DNA of 32,000 nucleotides from Candidatus Saccharimonadota bacterium (GCF_936981045.1 NZ_OW441264.1:450001-482000), one strand, 5' to 3'; shown: positions 1-9,559, numbered from the stretch's first letter. Notes: generated by a model from the sequence alone, not told the origin. Numbers and translations are program-made.

Positions 1-149
1 CAAAGACTAAACGCCAAGTGGCCCCTATGTTAGGGTCTTTGTAGAACCATGTTAAAGGCAAAAAACTTAATCTAAGGTTAGATTGGGAGGTTCTGTCGCG
101 TTTATTCTAAAAAATCATTTTAGTATCTGTAGTTAAAAAAGTAGTTATT

Positions 150-763
150 ATGTTTAATATTTCGCCCAAATTATTACCTTATTTTAAGGGTTATTGTTCT
201 TCAGCAGAAGTCATCCTGTTATTTGTCTAGATGAAGTGTCGTTTTTCCTTGAGCTATAGAGATTTGGAAGATATGATGCGTATGAGAGGCGCAAGAGTTG
301 ATCGTTCTACGCTACAAAGATGGGTTATTAGTTTGTTCCTCTTAATAGATGAAGCAGTAAGCAAAAGAAAACGACCAGTTGGTGGTAGTTGGAGAATGGA
401 TGAGACCTATATTAAACTAAACGGGAAGTGGATCTATTTATATAGAGCAGTAGATCGTTATGGTGATACAGTTGACTTTTTTCTATCTGAGCATAGAGAC
501 AAGTCTGCAGCTTTTTCTTTTTTTCGTAAGGCGATCACAGAAAATAATATTCCTAAGAAAGTAGTAATTGACAAAAGCGGTAGTAATAAAGCTGCCCTTG
601 ATACGATCAATACAGAACTTGATCAAGATCATACTATTCAAATATTTCAAAACAAATACTTGAATAATAGAGTTGAACAAGATCATAGGTTTATCAAAAA
701 ACGGCTAAAACCTATGCTTAGTTTTAAGTGTTTTAAGTCTGCAGCCATTGCACGCCGGCACAG
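150..763 (+). pseudogene. IS6-family DDE transposase, 5' exon, with in-frame TAG at 228-230
   Basis: ATG at 150 is in frame with the track ORF 231-785. The protein aligns from memory to IS26 Tnp26 (FKG..., SYR(D/E)L HTH, DETY.K.NG.W.YLYRAVD, EQDH). TAG falls at the Arg of the IS26 VRWY motif. The segment VISLFLLIDE versus VIKFVPLIDE in copy 2 shows a compensated local frameshift. Codons after 763 are read-through into the intron. Confidence 0.8.
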
Positions 764-2720
764 GTGTGCAACAAATGGGGTGTAAGTCCCCTGACTCTAA
801 TTTGTCTATTTCGGGAGTCTAGCAGGAGGTTGGATTTGTGGGGTGATTCACAGGTTTAAGTTACCTTTAAATGCATCTGCAAAATAGCGGGCTGCAACAA
901 AAGTGAACCTAAATTAGCCTCGTTAAGCCGTTTAAGCGCATTTGCCGACTATCTAGTGGCTACAGGAAGGCTGATAGTAGGATGGAAAAAATAGACCATG
1001 ACCATCATACAAGTGCCGGGGTGTTAGGGGTTGCACGCTATGAATGTTTCACATCGTAGTCCGGGAGATCTGATATGAATCCAGTAGGCCACTGGAAACT
1101 TTATTGTATAAGTAAAGCGAAATCAATAAGGGTGATATCAGAAGTCCGCGGGGTCTATAATACCGTTCGTATTGATTGGGAAACCACTCAAGAGGAAAGG
1201 GACCCTACTTCAGTTAACGAGTTTAAAAGAGTTGAGAATGTCTGATTGCCCTAAAGCTATGAACGGAACATTAAAAGTTCAGCAACTCCAAAGAACTCTA
1301 TATCTCAAATCCAAGCAATGTAAGGAAGTCAGATTTTATAGTATATGATAAAATTTATCTAAAAGATGTACTTTGGGAAGCTTGGCGTCAAGTCAAAGCA
1401 AATCAAGGCTCAGCAGGGATTGATGGTAAAAGCATAAGTGATATATTAACGTGAGTTCGGGATTTATTTTACTGATTTACAACAATTTAATATCAATTAT
1501 TTAGTTAATATTTGCACCTATTTAACAAGTTTTTATATCTAATTTTATAAATATAATATATATAATAAACTGATTATCAGAATTATTTGTTATTCAACTA
1601 CCTATTTAACTGTCTATAAAACAAATTTTATAAATTTTTATTAATATTGATTATCAAATGAAAAAATAATCTAATCCCGAACTCACGTTATAATAGATCA
1701 AGGTGAGGCAAAGATTATCAATAAATTGCAGCAGCAACTACGCGCAAAGCTATACAAATTTACCTCAAGCAGGTTGGTAAAAATACCCAAAGCTAAAGGT
1801 GGAACAAGGCCACTAGAGGTAATGACCGTAGAAGATCTCATAGTGCTCACAGCAATGAAAATAGTCATTGAACCGATCTTCGAAGCTGATTTTCATGAAT
1901 GTTCATACGGCTATAGACCGAAACGAGGAGCCAAACAAGCGAGTTTAGTGATCCGAGAAGATCTATACCAGCAGGCATGGGGCGTAGTTTAGATTGATTT
2001 TCAATCATACTTTACTAGCATCCCACACGAAAAGTTATTAAAACTTATTAGTAAGGGGTATCCAGAAAAGCTAAGCGCAACCTTGCATAGGTATTGTGAT
2101 GATGCAATTTTGGTATGTCGTAAGAGTGCTAGCTTAGCGCTGGAGAAATTCACAGAATTAGCAAAGAGATTATCGCTCATTATTAACCACCAAAAGACAC
2201 GAATAATGAAACTGAAAGAAGGCTTTAACTTCATAGGTTTTTACTTTGTAAAAAGAAAGAGTCCAACAAGTGGCAGAAATAGCATTTATGTATTTCCAAC
2301 GAAATAATCCCAACAAAGCATCCGTAACAGACTAAAATACCTGACTTGTAGAAGAGCACCAATCAAACCTCAAGCATTCATCGAGCAAATAAAACTAGTA
2401 GTGTTAGGATGGGTTAACTATTTTAAACATACGAATGCGAGTGAAGCTTTTGTTAGATTGCAGGACTTTATTAATAACCGATTTCGCAGATACTTAACCC
2501 ATAGAAGAAAAGGCCGTGGGTGTGGGTGGCAAAGCTATCCCAATAGCAAACTCTATACAATGGGGATGTTGTACATTGGTAGTGGAATGATTAAGTATCC
2601 TGAGAGAGTTGTGCAAGATTTATGAAGAAGACTGTCGGACCGCCGTATTCGGGAAAACTGAACGTACCTTGGGATGAGAAGGGAATGGGTAAACAATGAA
2701 GAATCAAGTTAGTCAGCTAC
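764..2720 (+). mobile_element. Group II intron copy 1, degenerate
   Basis: Same 5' end (GTGTGCAACAAATGGGGTGTAAGTC) and 3' end (...AGTCAGCTAC) as copy 2. Lesions relative to copy 2: TA deletion near 1343, MITE insertion at 1449-1688, GAG to TAG at 1990-1992, a ~170-bp deletion near 2055 that removes RT block 4, and CAA to TAA at 2305-2307. Domain V lies at 2640-2672. Confidence 0.85.
1449..1688 (+). mobile_element. MITE copy (240 bp) inside the intron RT ORF
   Basis: Terminal inverted repeats ACGTGAGTTCGGGATT ... AATCCCGAACTCACGT with an AT-rich, non-coding interior. Flanking pentamers are TATTA and TATAA. It interrupts the sequence that is contiguous in copy 2 (AGTGATATAATAGATCAAGG). Confidence 0.9.
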
Positions 2721-2722
2721 TG

Positions 2723-2890
2723 GGAAGTGTTCTATAAACTGTGTCACATCTCCTGTTCATCTCAACGTCTCTTTTAATCTACCGGGAAAAAAGATGTCTA
2801 TCTGAGATATGGTCAACGCCCAGTTTCGCAGCGGCATAGTCCATTCATCCTCGATCTTCTTTATGGCACAATATACTAATTTATACAAAG
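2723..2890 (-). mobile_element. IS256-family element, right-end fragment
   Basis: Reverse complement of about 29377-29544: the 24-bp terminal repeat GGAAGTGTTCTATAAACTGTGTCA plus the last ~45 transposase codons. Near-identical by eye. Confidence 0.85.
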
Positions 2891-2927
2891 GGAGGCCGTT
2901 GTGATAGATTTCTATTATAATATTTTT

Positions 2928-4168
2928 AGGGTTGTTTAGACTGATTTTTGGTATTAAAGTGGTATTAATTTTATTATTTATTGATTTTCATGTACTTTTA
3001 TTGCATTTTAGACAGACCATTCCCCTAAAGACCTCTTAATATGATATTTGGCGACCTGTATAAGTTATAGGCTATTGCTTCGATAACGTGTTGCGTATGA
3101 GTTTTAGCAAGTCCTATGTAGCGAGCTCCTGAGCTTCGGAATCAACTTTTAATACTTCCAAATACACGTTCTACTTTATACCTGGTTTTAGCTACCAATG
3201 TATTAAACCGTTTAGCAGTAGGTGATAAAGGATTATTTCTAGTGGCTTTCTTCTGAATAGCTGATTTTAAGGCTTTATTCTTTAATAAGGTTTCATTAGG
3301 TGATCCGCTATAGCCCTTATCTGCATATAGCCTAGTACCTACTTTTAGCTCTACTTTATCCAATAAGACTTGTAAATGAGCACTATCATGACTAGATGCT
3401 TTTGTGGTACTGACTGCTAGGACTAAGCCTTCTTTACTTTCCACAAGGATGTGACGCTTATACCCATAGTAGAGATTATCTCCTTTTTTTGTCCAACTCG
3501 CTTCTGGATCTACACCTTTTTGATAACTTTCGGCTACAGTTATAGTGCCATCTTCATGGAGATCATAGCTTTTTTTACCTTTAGGGCGCCTAGGGGTAGG
3601 CGTAATAGAGGCATCAACAACTGCACCATGTTGAACTAATACACCATGACTAGATAGTTGATCGTTAATTATTTTCAATAACCTTTCTAGGACCTGCTTC
3701 TCCGTAAGCGCAGTCCTAAACCTGCTTAATACGCTATGATCTGGAACAGAACTATCCATGGAAATACGACAAAATCTGCTGAAAGTGATACGATCATTTA
3801 CTTCTTCTTCTACTTGATAGTCACTCAGAGCATACCATGTTTGAAGCAACAGCATTTTAAATAAAAGAAGCGGGCTATAAGCTGCCTTTCCTGATAAACA
3901 CAAACCTTTAGGATAATACAAGAAAAGTTCTTTTTCTATTACTTTCCAAGTAATCAGCTTATTAAGCTGATCGAAAAAAGTATGCTTACACTTACGTTGA
4001 CTGGCTGAAATATCTGCAAAACTTAATTGATTATTTGTTTTGACGGCCATAACAATATTATTAAAAAGCTTAAGTTTAAACGATTAAAGAATCAACCTAA
4101 TTTAACCATTGTATAACACTAAAAGTCACTTTTTATAACAAAGCTTAAAACTCTATTGCAACAACCTC
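2928..4168 (-). mobile_element. IS5-family insertion sequence, boundaries approximate
   Basis: Encloses the IS5-type transposase. Weak terminal inverted repeat: AGGGTTGTTTAGAC at 2928 versus the reverse complement of GCAACAACCTC ending at 4168. No target duplication was identified. Confidence 0.45.
3025..4050 (-). pseudogene. IS5-family DDE transposase with in-frame TGA at 3142-3144
   Basis: Track ORF 3142-4050 has DDE_Tnp_1-type motifs (DASI, YADKGY, RYKVERVFGSIK). The same frame continues past the TGA as FRSSGARYIGLAKTHTQHVIEAIAYNL to a TAG at 3025-3027. The TGA sits where IS5 transposases have the Trp of (K/R)WF. Confidence 0.85.
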
Positions 4169-4256
4169 AAAGGGTAGCAGGCGGTTTGGCCATACAGCTG
4201 AATGGATGGCGCGCCTGAATAGGTACACGGATGAATTGCAAAAAAGGGATTAAAGC

Positions 4257-5300
4257 TTAAGATGATTGAACGGCTTTACTTTTAAATCCCCTTTGAATCC
4301 ATTTAGGTAGTAGCATAGCGCCTAGAATCAAGTAGAGATAGAAAGTACATATACGCCATAGCAGCGCAATCAATAAAGTATAGTTACCTAACATAGGTTC
4401 AAAAAATTCCTGAAACCAGAATTCTGCAATGCCACTTCCACCTGGAGAAACAGGAACTAGCATCAGTGCCCACATGACAATCTGCCTGCCCCAAATAGCT
4501 AGGTGTTGACGCAAAGAAATAGGACAATAAGCAGCCATCAAACAATTCATTAAAATATATCGAGTCATCCAGATTAAAAGGGTACAGAGGAACATTTTAC
4601 ACCAAAAAAGAGAGCACTTCCCTCTAAACTCATGTGAAGTAATCATTATATCCTTGCTAAGCTGATAAGCAGGTCGACGCCATCGCTTCAAAAAACCAAT
4701 ACTGGTCATATGGATTAAAATGTACTTTAATAACTTGGGGTTTATAAAAATACCAATGATCATAACCAAGTTATAGAGCAAGAAAAAAGTATAGATAATA
4801 AAAAAGAAGGCTTTTATGCTACTACTTAATGGGCCTGCCATAGTAAAAATAGCTTCATATGCCCCACCCAAACCGAATGAACCAGCTAAAAGAAAGAAAA
4901 GATTATCCATAATCCCGGTTACAACGATATACGCAATAGATCTTCCTAATGATAATCCTTCTTTAGATAGGAGAAAAATGGCCACTAGGCCTCCCCCTAC
5001 TACTGATGGCGTTACAGCAGTGCCAAACTCCCAAAGGATGGCAACATAAAAGCAACTCGTCCAACCCAAGCTGCTATTGCTTAAGATCCGTAACCTGTAA
5101 ATATGACCCACCTCTCGCAGCAGAATGGAAAGGAAAGCTATACACAAATAGTTCCAATTGGGTTCACTTAATAATGCAACTATTTCAATTGAAATTTTAC
5201 CAGACCTATAAAATAAAAATCCTGTGATGGCTAGTCCACATAATATAGGTAACCATACTTTTTTAACATTTAATGTTTTAAGTGCTTCTTGAGCATCCAT
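4257..5300 (-). CDS. Polytopic inner-membrane protein, probable flippase-like / LPG-synthase TM-domain (UPF0104) family
   Basis: 347-aa ORF with about 8 hydrophobic segments and a TAA stop. The family call comes from overall resemblance only (memory) and is not verified. Confidence 0.6.
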   Translation of the reverse strand: MDAQEALKTLNVKKVWLPILCGLAITGFLFYRSGKISIEIVALLSEPNWNYLCIAFLSILLREVGHIYRLRILSNSSLGWTSCFYVAILWEFGTAVTPSVVGGGLVAIFLLSKEGLSLGRSIAYIVVTGIMDNLFFLLAGSFGLGGAYEAIFTMAGPLSSSIKAFFFIIYTFFLLYNLVMIIGIFINPKLLKYILIHMTSIGFLKRWRRPAYQLSKDIMITSHEFRGKCSLFWCKMFLCTLLIWMTRYILMNCLMAAYCPISLRQHLAIWGRQIVMWALMLVPVSPGGSGIAEFWFQEFFEPMLGNYTLLIALLWRICTFYLYLILGAMLLPKWIQRGFKSKAVQSS

Positions 5301-5318
5301 ATGTGTCTAATCATTAAT

Positions 5319-5648
5319 TTAACTTGGCTCAGCTAGGTCTGTATGTGCTGTTATCCCTTTTACAGCGGGAACCCTGAAATAATTTGAATCACTTCTAGGA
5401 GCAAGCGCTAGGGCTTGGGTGTGCGAAAGTGAATTTGATGGAACATCTGGACGTAAATTAGTAGATACTAATCTAACAGATTCTTCTAAAATAACATTAT
5501 GGTCGACATCGAGTTCATCTAATTGCTTTACCCAATCTACCATCGCATTTAAGTCATGGAGCATGGTGTCTCGTTCATGCAGCGGCAATTCAAGGCGACA
5601 AAGGTATACCAATTTATCTAAAAGGTCGTTATCAATGATCATGTACAA
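5319..5648 (-). CDS. gatC: Asp/Glu-tRNA amidotransferase subunit C
   Basis: ~109-aa ORF with a typical GatC pattern (LDKLVYLCRLELPLHERDTMLHDLNAMVDWVKQLDELDV ... YFRVP). The start could be Met1 or Met3. Confidence 0.8.
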   Translation of the reverse strand: MYMIIDNDLLDKLVYLCRLELPLHERDTMLHDLNAMVDWVKQLDELDVDHNVILEESVRLVSTNLRPDVPSNSLSHTQALALAPRSDSNYFRVPAVKGITAHTDLAEPS

Positions 5649-5853
5649 ACTAAATAAAAAAGTTTTTCTGGTGCTAAAGTTACTTTATAAATTAAATAGA
5701 ACAAAATAGGGACCTGCTCAGGTAAACATCGGAAAGGGGATAGAGGTCTTTTGTGTTAAGTGTGTAAATATATTTCGGGGTATATATTTGGTTTTGTCGC
5801 GTTTATTCTAAAAAATCATTATTTTAGTATCTGCAGTTAAAAAAGTAGTTATT

Positions 5854-6467
5854 ATGTTTAATATTTCGCCCAAATTATTACCTTATTTTAAGGGCTATTG
5901 TTCTTCAGCAGAAGTCATCCTGTTATTTGTCTAGATGAAGTATTGTTTTTCCTTGAGCTATAGAGATTTGGAAGATATGATGCGTATGAGAGGCGCAAGA
6001 GTTGATCATTCTACGCTACAAAGATGGGTTATTAAGTTTGTTCCTCTTATAGATGAAGCAGTAAGCAAAAGAAAACGACCAGTTGGTGGTAGTTGGAGAA
6101 TGGATGAAACCTATGTTAAACTAAACGGGAAGTGGATCTATTTATATAGAGCAGTAGATCGTTATGGTGATACAGTTAACTTTTTTCTATCTGAGCATAG
6201 AGACAAGTCTGCAGCTTTTTCTTTTTTTCGTAAGGCAATCACAGAAAATAATATTCCTAAGAAAGTAGTAATTGACAAAAGCGGTAGTAATAAAGCTGCC
6301 CTTGATACGATCAATACAGAACTTGATCAAGATCATACCATTCAAATATTTCAAAACAAATACTTGAATAATAGAGTTGAACAAGATCATAGGTTTATCA
6401 AAAAACGGCTAAAACCTATGCTTAGTTTTAAGTGTTTTAAGTCTGCAGCCATTGCACGCCGGCACAG
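5854..6467 (+). pseudogene. IS6-family transposase, 5' exon, with in-frame TAG at 5932-5934
   Basis: Same architecture as copy 1: ATG at 5854 in frame with track ORF 5935-6489, and the same TAG position. The exon ends at ...CGG CAC AG immediately before GTGTG. Confidence 0.8.
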
Positions 6468-6941
6468 GTGTGCAACAAATGGGGTGTAAGTCCCCTGACT
6501 CTAATTTGTCTATTTCGGGAATCTAGCAGGAGGTTGGATTTGTGGGGTGATTCACAGGTTTAAGTTACCTTTAAATGCATCTGCAAAATAGCGGGCTGCA
6601 ACAAAAGTGAACCTAAATTAGCCTCGTTAAGCCGTTTAAGCGCATTTGCCGACTATCTAGTGGCTACAGGAAGGCTGATAGTAGGATGGAAAAAATAGAC
6701 CATGACCATCATACAAGTGCCGGGGTGTTAGGGGTTGCACGCTATGAATGTTTCACATCGTAGTCCGGGAGATCTGATATGAATCCAGTAGGCCACTGGA
6801 AACTTTATTGTATAAGTAAAGCGAAATCAATAAGGGTGATATCAGAAGTCCGCGGGGTCTATAATACCGTTCGTATTGATTGGGAAACCACTCAAGAGGA
6901 AAGGGACCCTACTTCAGTTAACGAGTTTAAAAGAGTTGAGA

Positions 6942-8255
6942 ATGTCTGATTGCCCTAAAGCTATGAACGGAACATTAAAAGTTCAGCAACTCCAAAGAAC
7001 TCTATATCTCAAATCCAAGCAATGTAAGGAAGTCAGATTTTATAGTATATATGATAAAATTTATCTAAAAGATGTACTTTGGGAAGCTTGGCGTCAAGTC
7101 AAAGCAAATCAAGGTTCAGCAGGAATTGATGGTAAAAGCATAAGTGATATAATAGATCAAGGTGAGGCAAAGATTATCAATAAATTGCAGCAGCAACTAC
7201 GCGCAAAGCTATACAAATTTACCTCAAGCAGGTTGGTAGAAATACCCAAAGCTAAAGGTGGAACAAGGCCACTAGAGGTAATGACCGTAGAAGATCTCAT
7301 AGTGCTCACAGCAATGAAAATAGTCATTGAACCGATCTTCGAAGCTGATTTTCATGAATGTTCATACGGCTATAGACCGAAACGAGGAGCCAAACAAGCG
7401 AGTTTAGTGATCCGAGAAGATCTATACCAGCAGGCATGGGGCGTAGTTGAGATTGATTTTCAATCATACTTTATTAGCATCCCACATGAAAAGTTATTAA
7501 AACTTATTAGTAAAAGGATAGCAGATGGCAGTATGTTGAAGCTAATTAAACAAACCCTAACAACGTCAATAGTAAAACAAGGTAAAATTACATGCAAGAA
7601 AGTTGGAGTACCGCAAGGATCACCAATATCACCGTTGTATAGTAATATCTACCTAAATGTTATAGACCAAGTGTGGCACTCAAGGGGGTATCCAGAAAAG
7701 CTAAGCGCAACCTTGCATAGGTATTGTGATGATGCAATTTTGGTATGTCGTAAGAGTGCTAGCTTAGCGCTGGAGAAATTCACAGAATTAGTAAGGAGGT
7801 TATCGCTCATTATTAACCACCAAAAGACACGAATAACGAAACTGAAAGAAGGCTTTAACTTCATAGGTTTTTACTTTGTAAAAAGAAAGAGTCCAACAAG
7901 TGGCAGAAATAGCATTTATGTATTTCCAACGAAACAATCCCAATAAAGCATCCGTAACAGACTAAAATACCTGACTTGTAGAAAAGCACCAATCAAACCT
8001 CAAACATTCATCGAGCAAATAAAACCAGTAGTGTTAGGATGGGTTAACTATTTTAAACATACGAATTCCAGTGAAGCTTTTGTTAGATTGCAGAACTTTA
8101 TTAATAACCGATTTCGCAGATACTTAACCCATAGAAGAAAAGGCCGTGGGTGTGGGTGGCAAAGCTATCCCAATAGCAAACTCTATACAATGGGGATGTT
8201 GTACATTGGTAGTGGAATGATTAACTATCCTGAGAGAGTTGTGCAAGGTTTATGA
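6942..8255 (+). pseudogene. Group II intron-encoded reverse transcriptase/maturase with a single TAA at 7944-7946
   Basis: RT blocks are present: PKAKGGTRPL, YGYRPKRGAKQA, IDFQSYFISIPH, GVPQGSPISPLYSNIYL, YCDD (the YxDD motif) and GFNFIGFYF. There is a maturase-like C-terminus (LGWVNYF) and no HNH/En domain. The stop codon is CAA in copies 1 and 3. ATG at 6942 is the likely start; the track ORF begins at an upstream alternative start. Confidence 0.85.
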
Positions 8256-8269
8256 AGAAGACTGTCGGA

Positions 8270-8302
8270 CCGCCGTATTCGGGAAAACTGAACGTACCTT
8301 GG
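8270..8302 (+). ncRNA. Group II intron domain V (copy 2)
   Basis: CCGCCGUAU-UCGG-GAAAA-CUGA-AC-GUACCUUGG. This is the canonical layout (9-bp lower helix, AC bulge, short upper helix) with a CGC triad variant. Two lower-helix pairs are broken relative to copy 3. Confidence 0.7.
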
Positions 8303-8350
8303 GATGAGAAGGGAATGGGTAAACAATGAAGAATCAAGTTAGTCAGCTAC

Positions 8351-8387
8351 TGTATTGCGAGCAATCAGAAGCAATAGATATGCTTAA
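8351..8387 (+). pseudogene. IS6-family transposase, 3' exon
   Basis: Joining 6467 to 8351 gives ...KSAAIARRHSVLRAIRSNRYA* with a TAA at 8385-8387. VLRAIR aligns with the IS26 segment GIEVMRALRKGQ (from memory). Confidence 0.65.
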
Positions 8388-8642
8388 TTTTAAGTGGTCC
8401 AACCATTTCTTTACTCTAGACCATTGTAGAGATAGAAAACATTCCTATGATTCAAAAAGGACAAGTAATCGGAGCTAAAAATCATCTTTCTACTTTTGAG
8501 AATTTTGTTATGCTAATGGCCGAATAATAACCAATATATATCCAAAACTTCACTTAAAAGAAAAGACGTTGCTAACGAAAATATAGAAGCGACAGAACCT
8601 GGATGGATGGTTAGTTCTTGGCCAGAGAGGAATTCCACCTCT

Positions 8643-9359
8643 TTATTCAACCAGGTTTGTCCTGGAAAACCGATGGATATAGTTATTTTTCAGCAGATGG
8701 GGTCTTCTTTTTTGGGTTCTAGACACTGTTTCTTGTTGCATCCACTTCTGAATAGCTTTGTGGTTACCAGAGCATAATACATCTGGAACCTTTTTACCTT
8801 CAAAATTATAAGGTCGTGTATAAGCAGGTGGCGCTACTAATCCATCTTGAAAAGAGTCAGTCAGTGCAGAAGCAGCATCTGATATAACACCTGGTATAAC
8901 CCGAACCATAGCATCCGCCAAGATAAGCGCAGGTAACTCGCCTCCGGAAAGCACATAGTCTCCAATACTGATTTCTAGTGTAACAAAGTGCTCACGTATG
9001 CGTTCATCTATCCCTTTATAATGGCCACACAGTAATATCAAATGCTGCTTGAGTGAACATTTGTTGACAAGGTCTTGATGCAGTAGCTCACCATCTGGGG
9101 CCATATATATGATTTCATCATAGCTTCTTTCTTTTTGAAGGGATCTAATGCAATTGGCAATGGGCTCTACCATTAACAACATACCAGCAGCTCCACCATA
9201 GGGTTGATCATCAATTTTACCATGCTTATATGGCGTATAATCTCTTAAGTTATGTATGTAGATCGAAAGCAGCTGCTGTTGCATAGCTCTTTGAAAGATA
9301 AAATGTCTAAGTGGACTTTCAAACAACTGCGGACAGCAGGTTATAATATCAAGCCTCAT
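8643..9359 (-). CDS. trmD: tRNA (guanine37-N1)-methyltransferase
   Basis: 238-aa ORF with typical TrmD N-terminus and motifs (MRLDIIT..., GGAGM, LLCGHYKGIDERI, SIGDYVLSGGELPA). Confidence 0.9.
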   Translation of the reverse strand: MRLDIITCCPQLFESPLRHFIFQRAMQQQLLSIYIHNLRDYTPYKHGKIDDQPYGGAAGMLLMVEPIANCIRSLQKERSYDEIIYMAPDGELLHQDLVNKCSLKQHLILLCGHYKGIDERIREHFVTLEISIGDYVLSGGELPALILADAMVRVIPGVISDAASALTDSFQDGLVAPPAYTRPYNFEGKKVPDVLCSGNHKAIQKWMQQETVSRTQKRRPHLLKNNYIHRFSRTNLVE

Positions 9360-9400
9360 CCAAGTAGGAAAAACACTTCGTTAAGTTATAGACAGCTATG

Positions 9401-9475
9401 TAGCGAGGAGGGGAGTTGAACCCCTGACCTTCGGGTTATGAATCCGACGCTCTAAACCGCCTGAGCTACCTCGCC
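9401..9475 (-). tRNA. tRNA with anticodon CAU (elongator Met or lysidine-type Ile2), no encoded CCA
   Basis: Hand-folded cloverleaf from GGCGAGG UA GCUC AGGCGGUUUA GAGC G UCGGA UUCAUAA CCCGA AGGUC AGGGG UUCAACU CCCCU CCUCGCU A. U8, A9, the GG in the D loop and a UUCAA T loop are all present. G1-U72 is a wobble pair and A31-C39 is a mismatch. The anticodon stem lacks the three G-C pairs typical of initiator tRNA. Confidence 0.85.
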
Positions 9476-9559
9476 ATACATTGCGTTTACTAGGTTATGT
9501 AGGTATAGTACTTAAATTGTTCTTATATTTAGGGTAAAGTTAGACACAAATTTACAAAA

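Larger units (their letters stand above)
89..2722 (+). mobile_element. IS6-family insertion sequence, copy 1, 3' end lost
   Basis: Left terminal repeat GGTTCTGTCGCG at 89 matches copy 2 (GGTTTTGTCGCG at 5790). About 98% identical by eye to copy 2 through the transposase 5' exon and the intron. Only 2 nt of the 3' exon remain (2721-2722) before an IS256-type terminal repeat. Confidence 0.8.
6468..8350 (+). mobile_element. Group II intron copy 2, full length (1883 bp)
   Basis: 5' end is GUGUG followed by GGGGUGUAAGUC, compared with Ll.LtrB GUGCGCCCAGAUAGGGUGUUAAGUC (from memory). It has an internal RT/maturase ORF, domain V at 8270-8302, and a 3' end ...CAGCUAC (terminal AY). It is inserted in the sense orientation in the IS6 transposase. 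Confidence 0.85.
5790..8599 (+). mobile_element. IS6-family insertion sequence, copy 2, complete and carrying a full-length group II intron
   Basis: Left repeat GGTTTTGTCGCG at 5790. Right repeat AGCGACAGAACC ends at 8599 and is the reverse complement of GGTTCTGTCGCT. Without the 1883-bp intron the element is about 0.93 kb. No flanking direct repeat was seen. Confidence 0.85.

Noticed and set aside
228-230. Recurrent in-frame TAG (IS6, IS982, IS256, IS4) and TGA (IS5) codons could indicate stop-codon reassignment or programmed read-through.
   Set aside because: TAG is the terminator of rpsU (19147-19149), the adaptor gene (24112-24114), the TolC-like gene (26143-26145) and HTH paralog 1. TGA terminates the intron IEP. 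No housekeeping ORF contains internal stops. Ordinary pseudogenisation explains the pattern.
483-686. Short antisense or shadow ORFs inside real genes or elements: 483-686, 6187-6390, 2001-2234, 7649-7864, 27472-27687, 3451-3639, 4816-5049, 5006-5227, 5419-5709, 9529-9717, 10642-10953, 12338-12523, 16989-17186, 17722-18057, 21896-22114, 22096-22443, 22564-22797, 23670-23879, 25395-25613, 30099-30320, 30408-30617.
   Set aside because: Each is fully embedded in a longer ORF with clear homology, on the opposite strand or in another frame. The products are low-complexity or compositionally biased.
1449-1688. The repeated ~240-bp AT-rich units could be mistaken for a CRISPR-like or satellite array.
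   Set aside because: Copies are dispersed, not regularly spaced. They have terminal inverted repeats and 5-bp target duplications. There are no short direct repeats separated by unique spacers and no cas genes.
5745-5789. GAGGTCTTTTGTGTTAAGTGTGTAAAT just left of IS6 copy 2 resembles the terminal repeat of the second IS256-type element (GGCTCTGTCCACTTAAGTGTGTAAAT).
   Set aside because: Only the 14-nt core TTAAGTGTGTAAAT matches well and no adjoining IS body is present. It is too short and degenerate to call as a feature.
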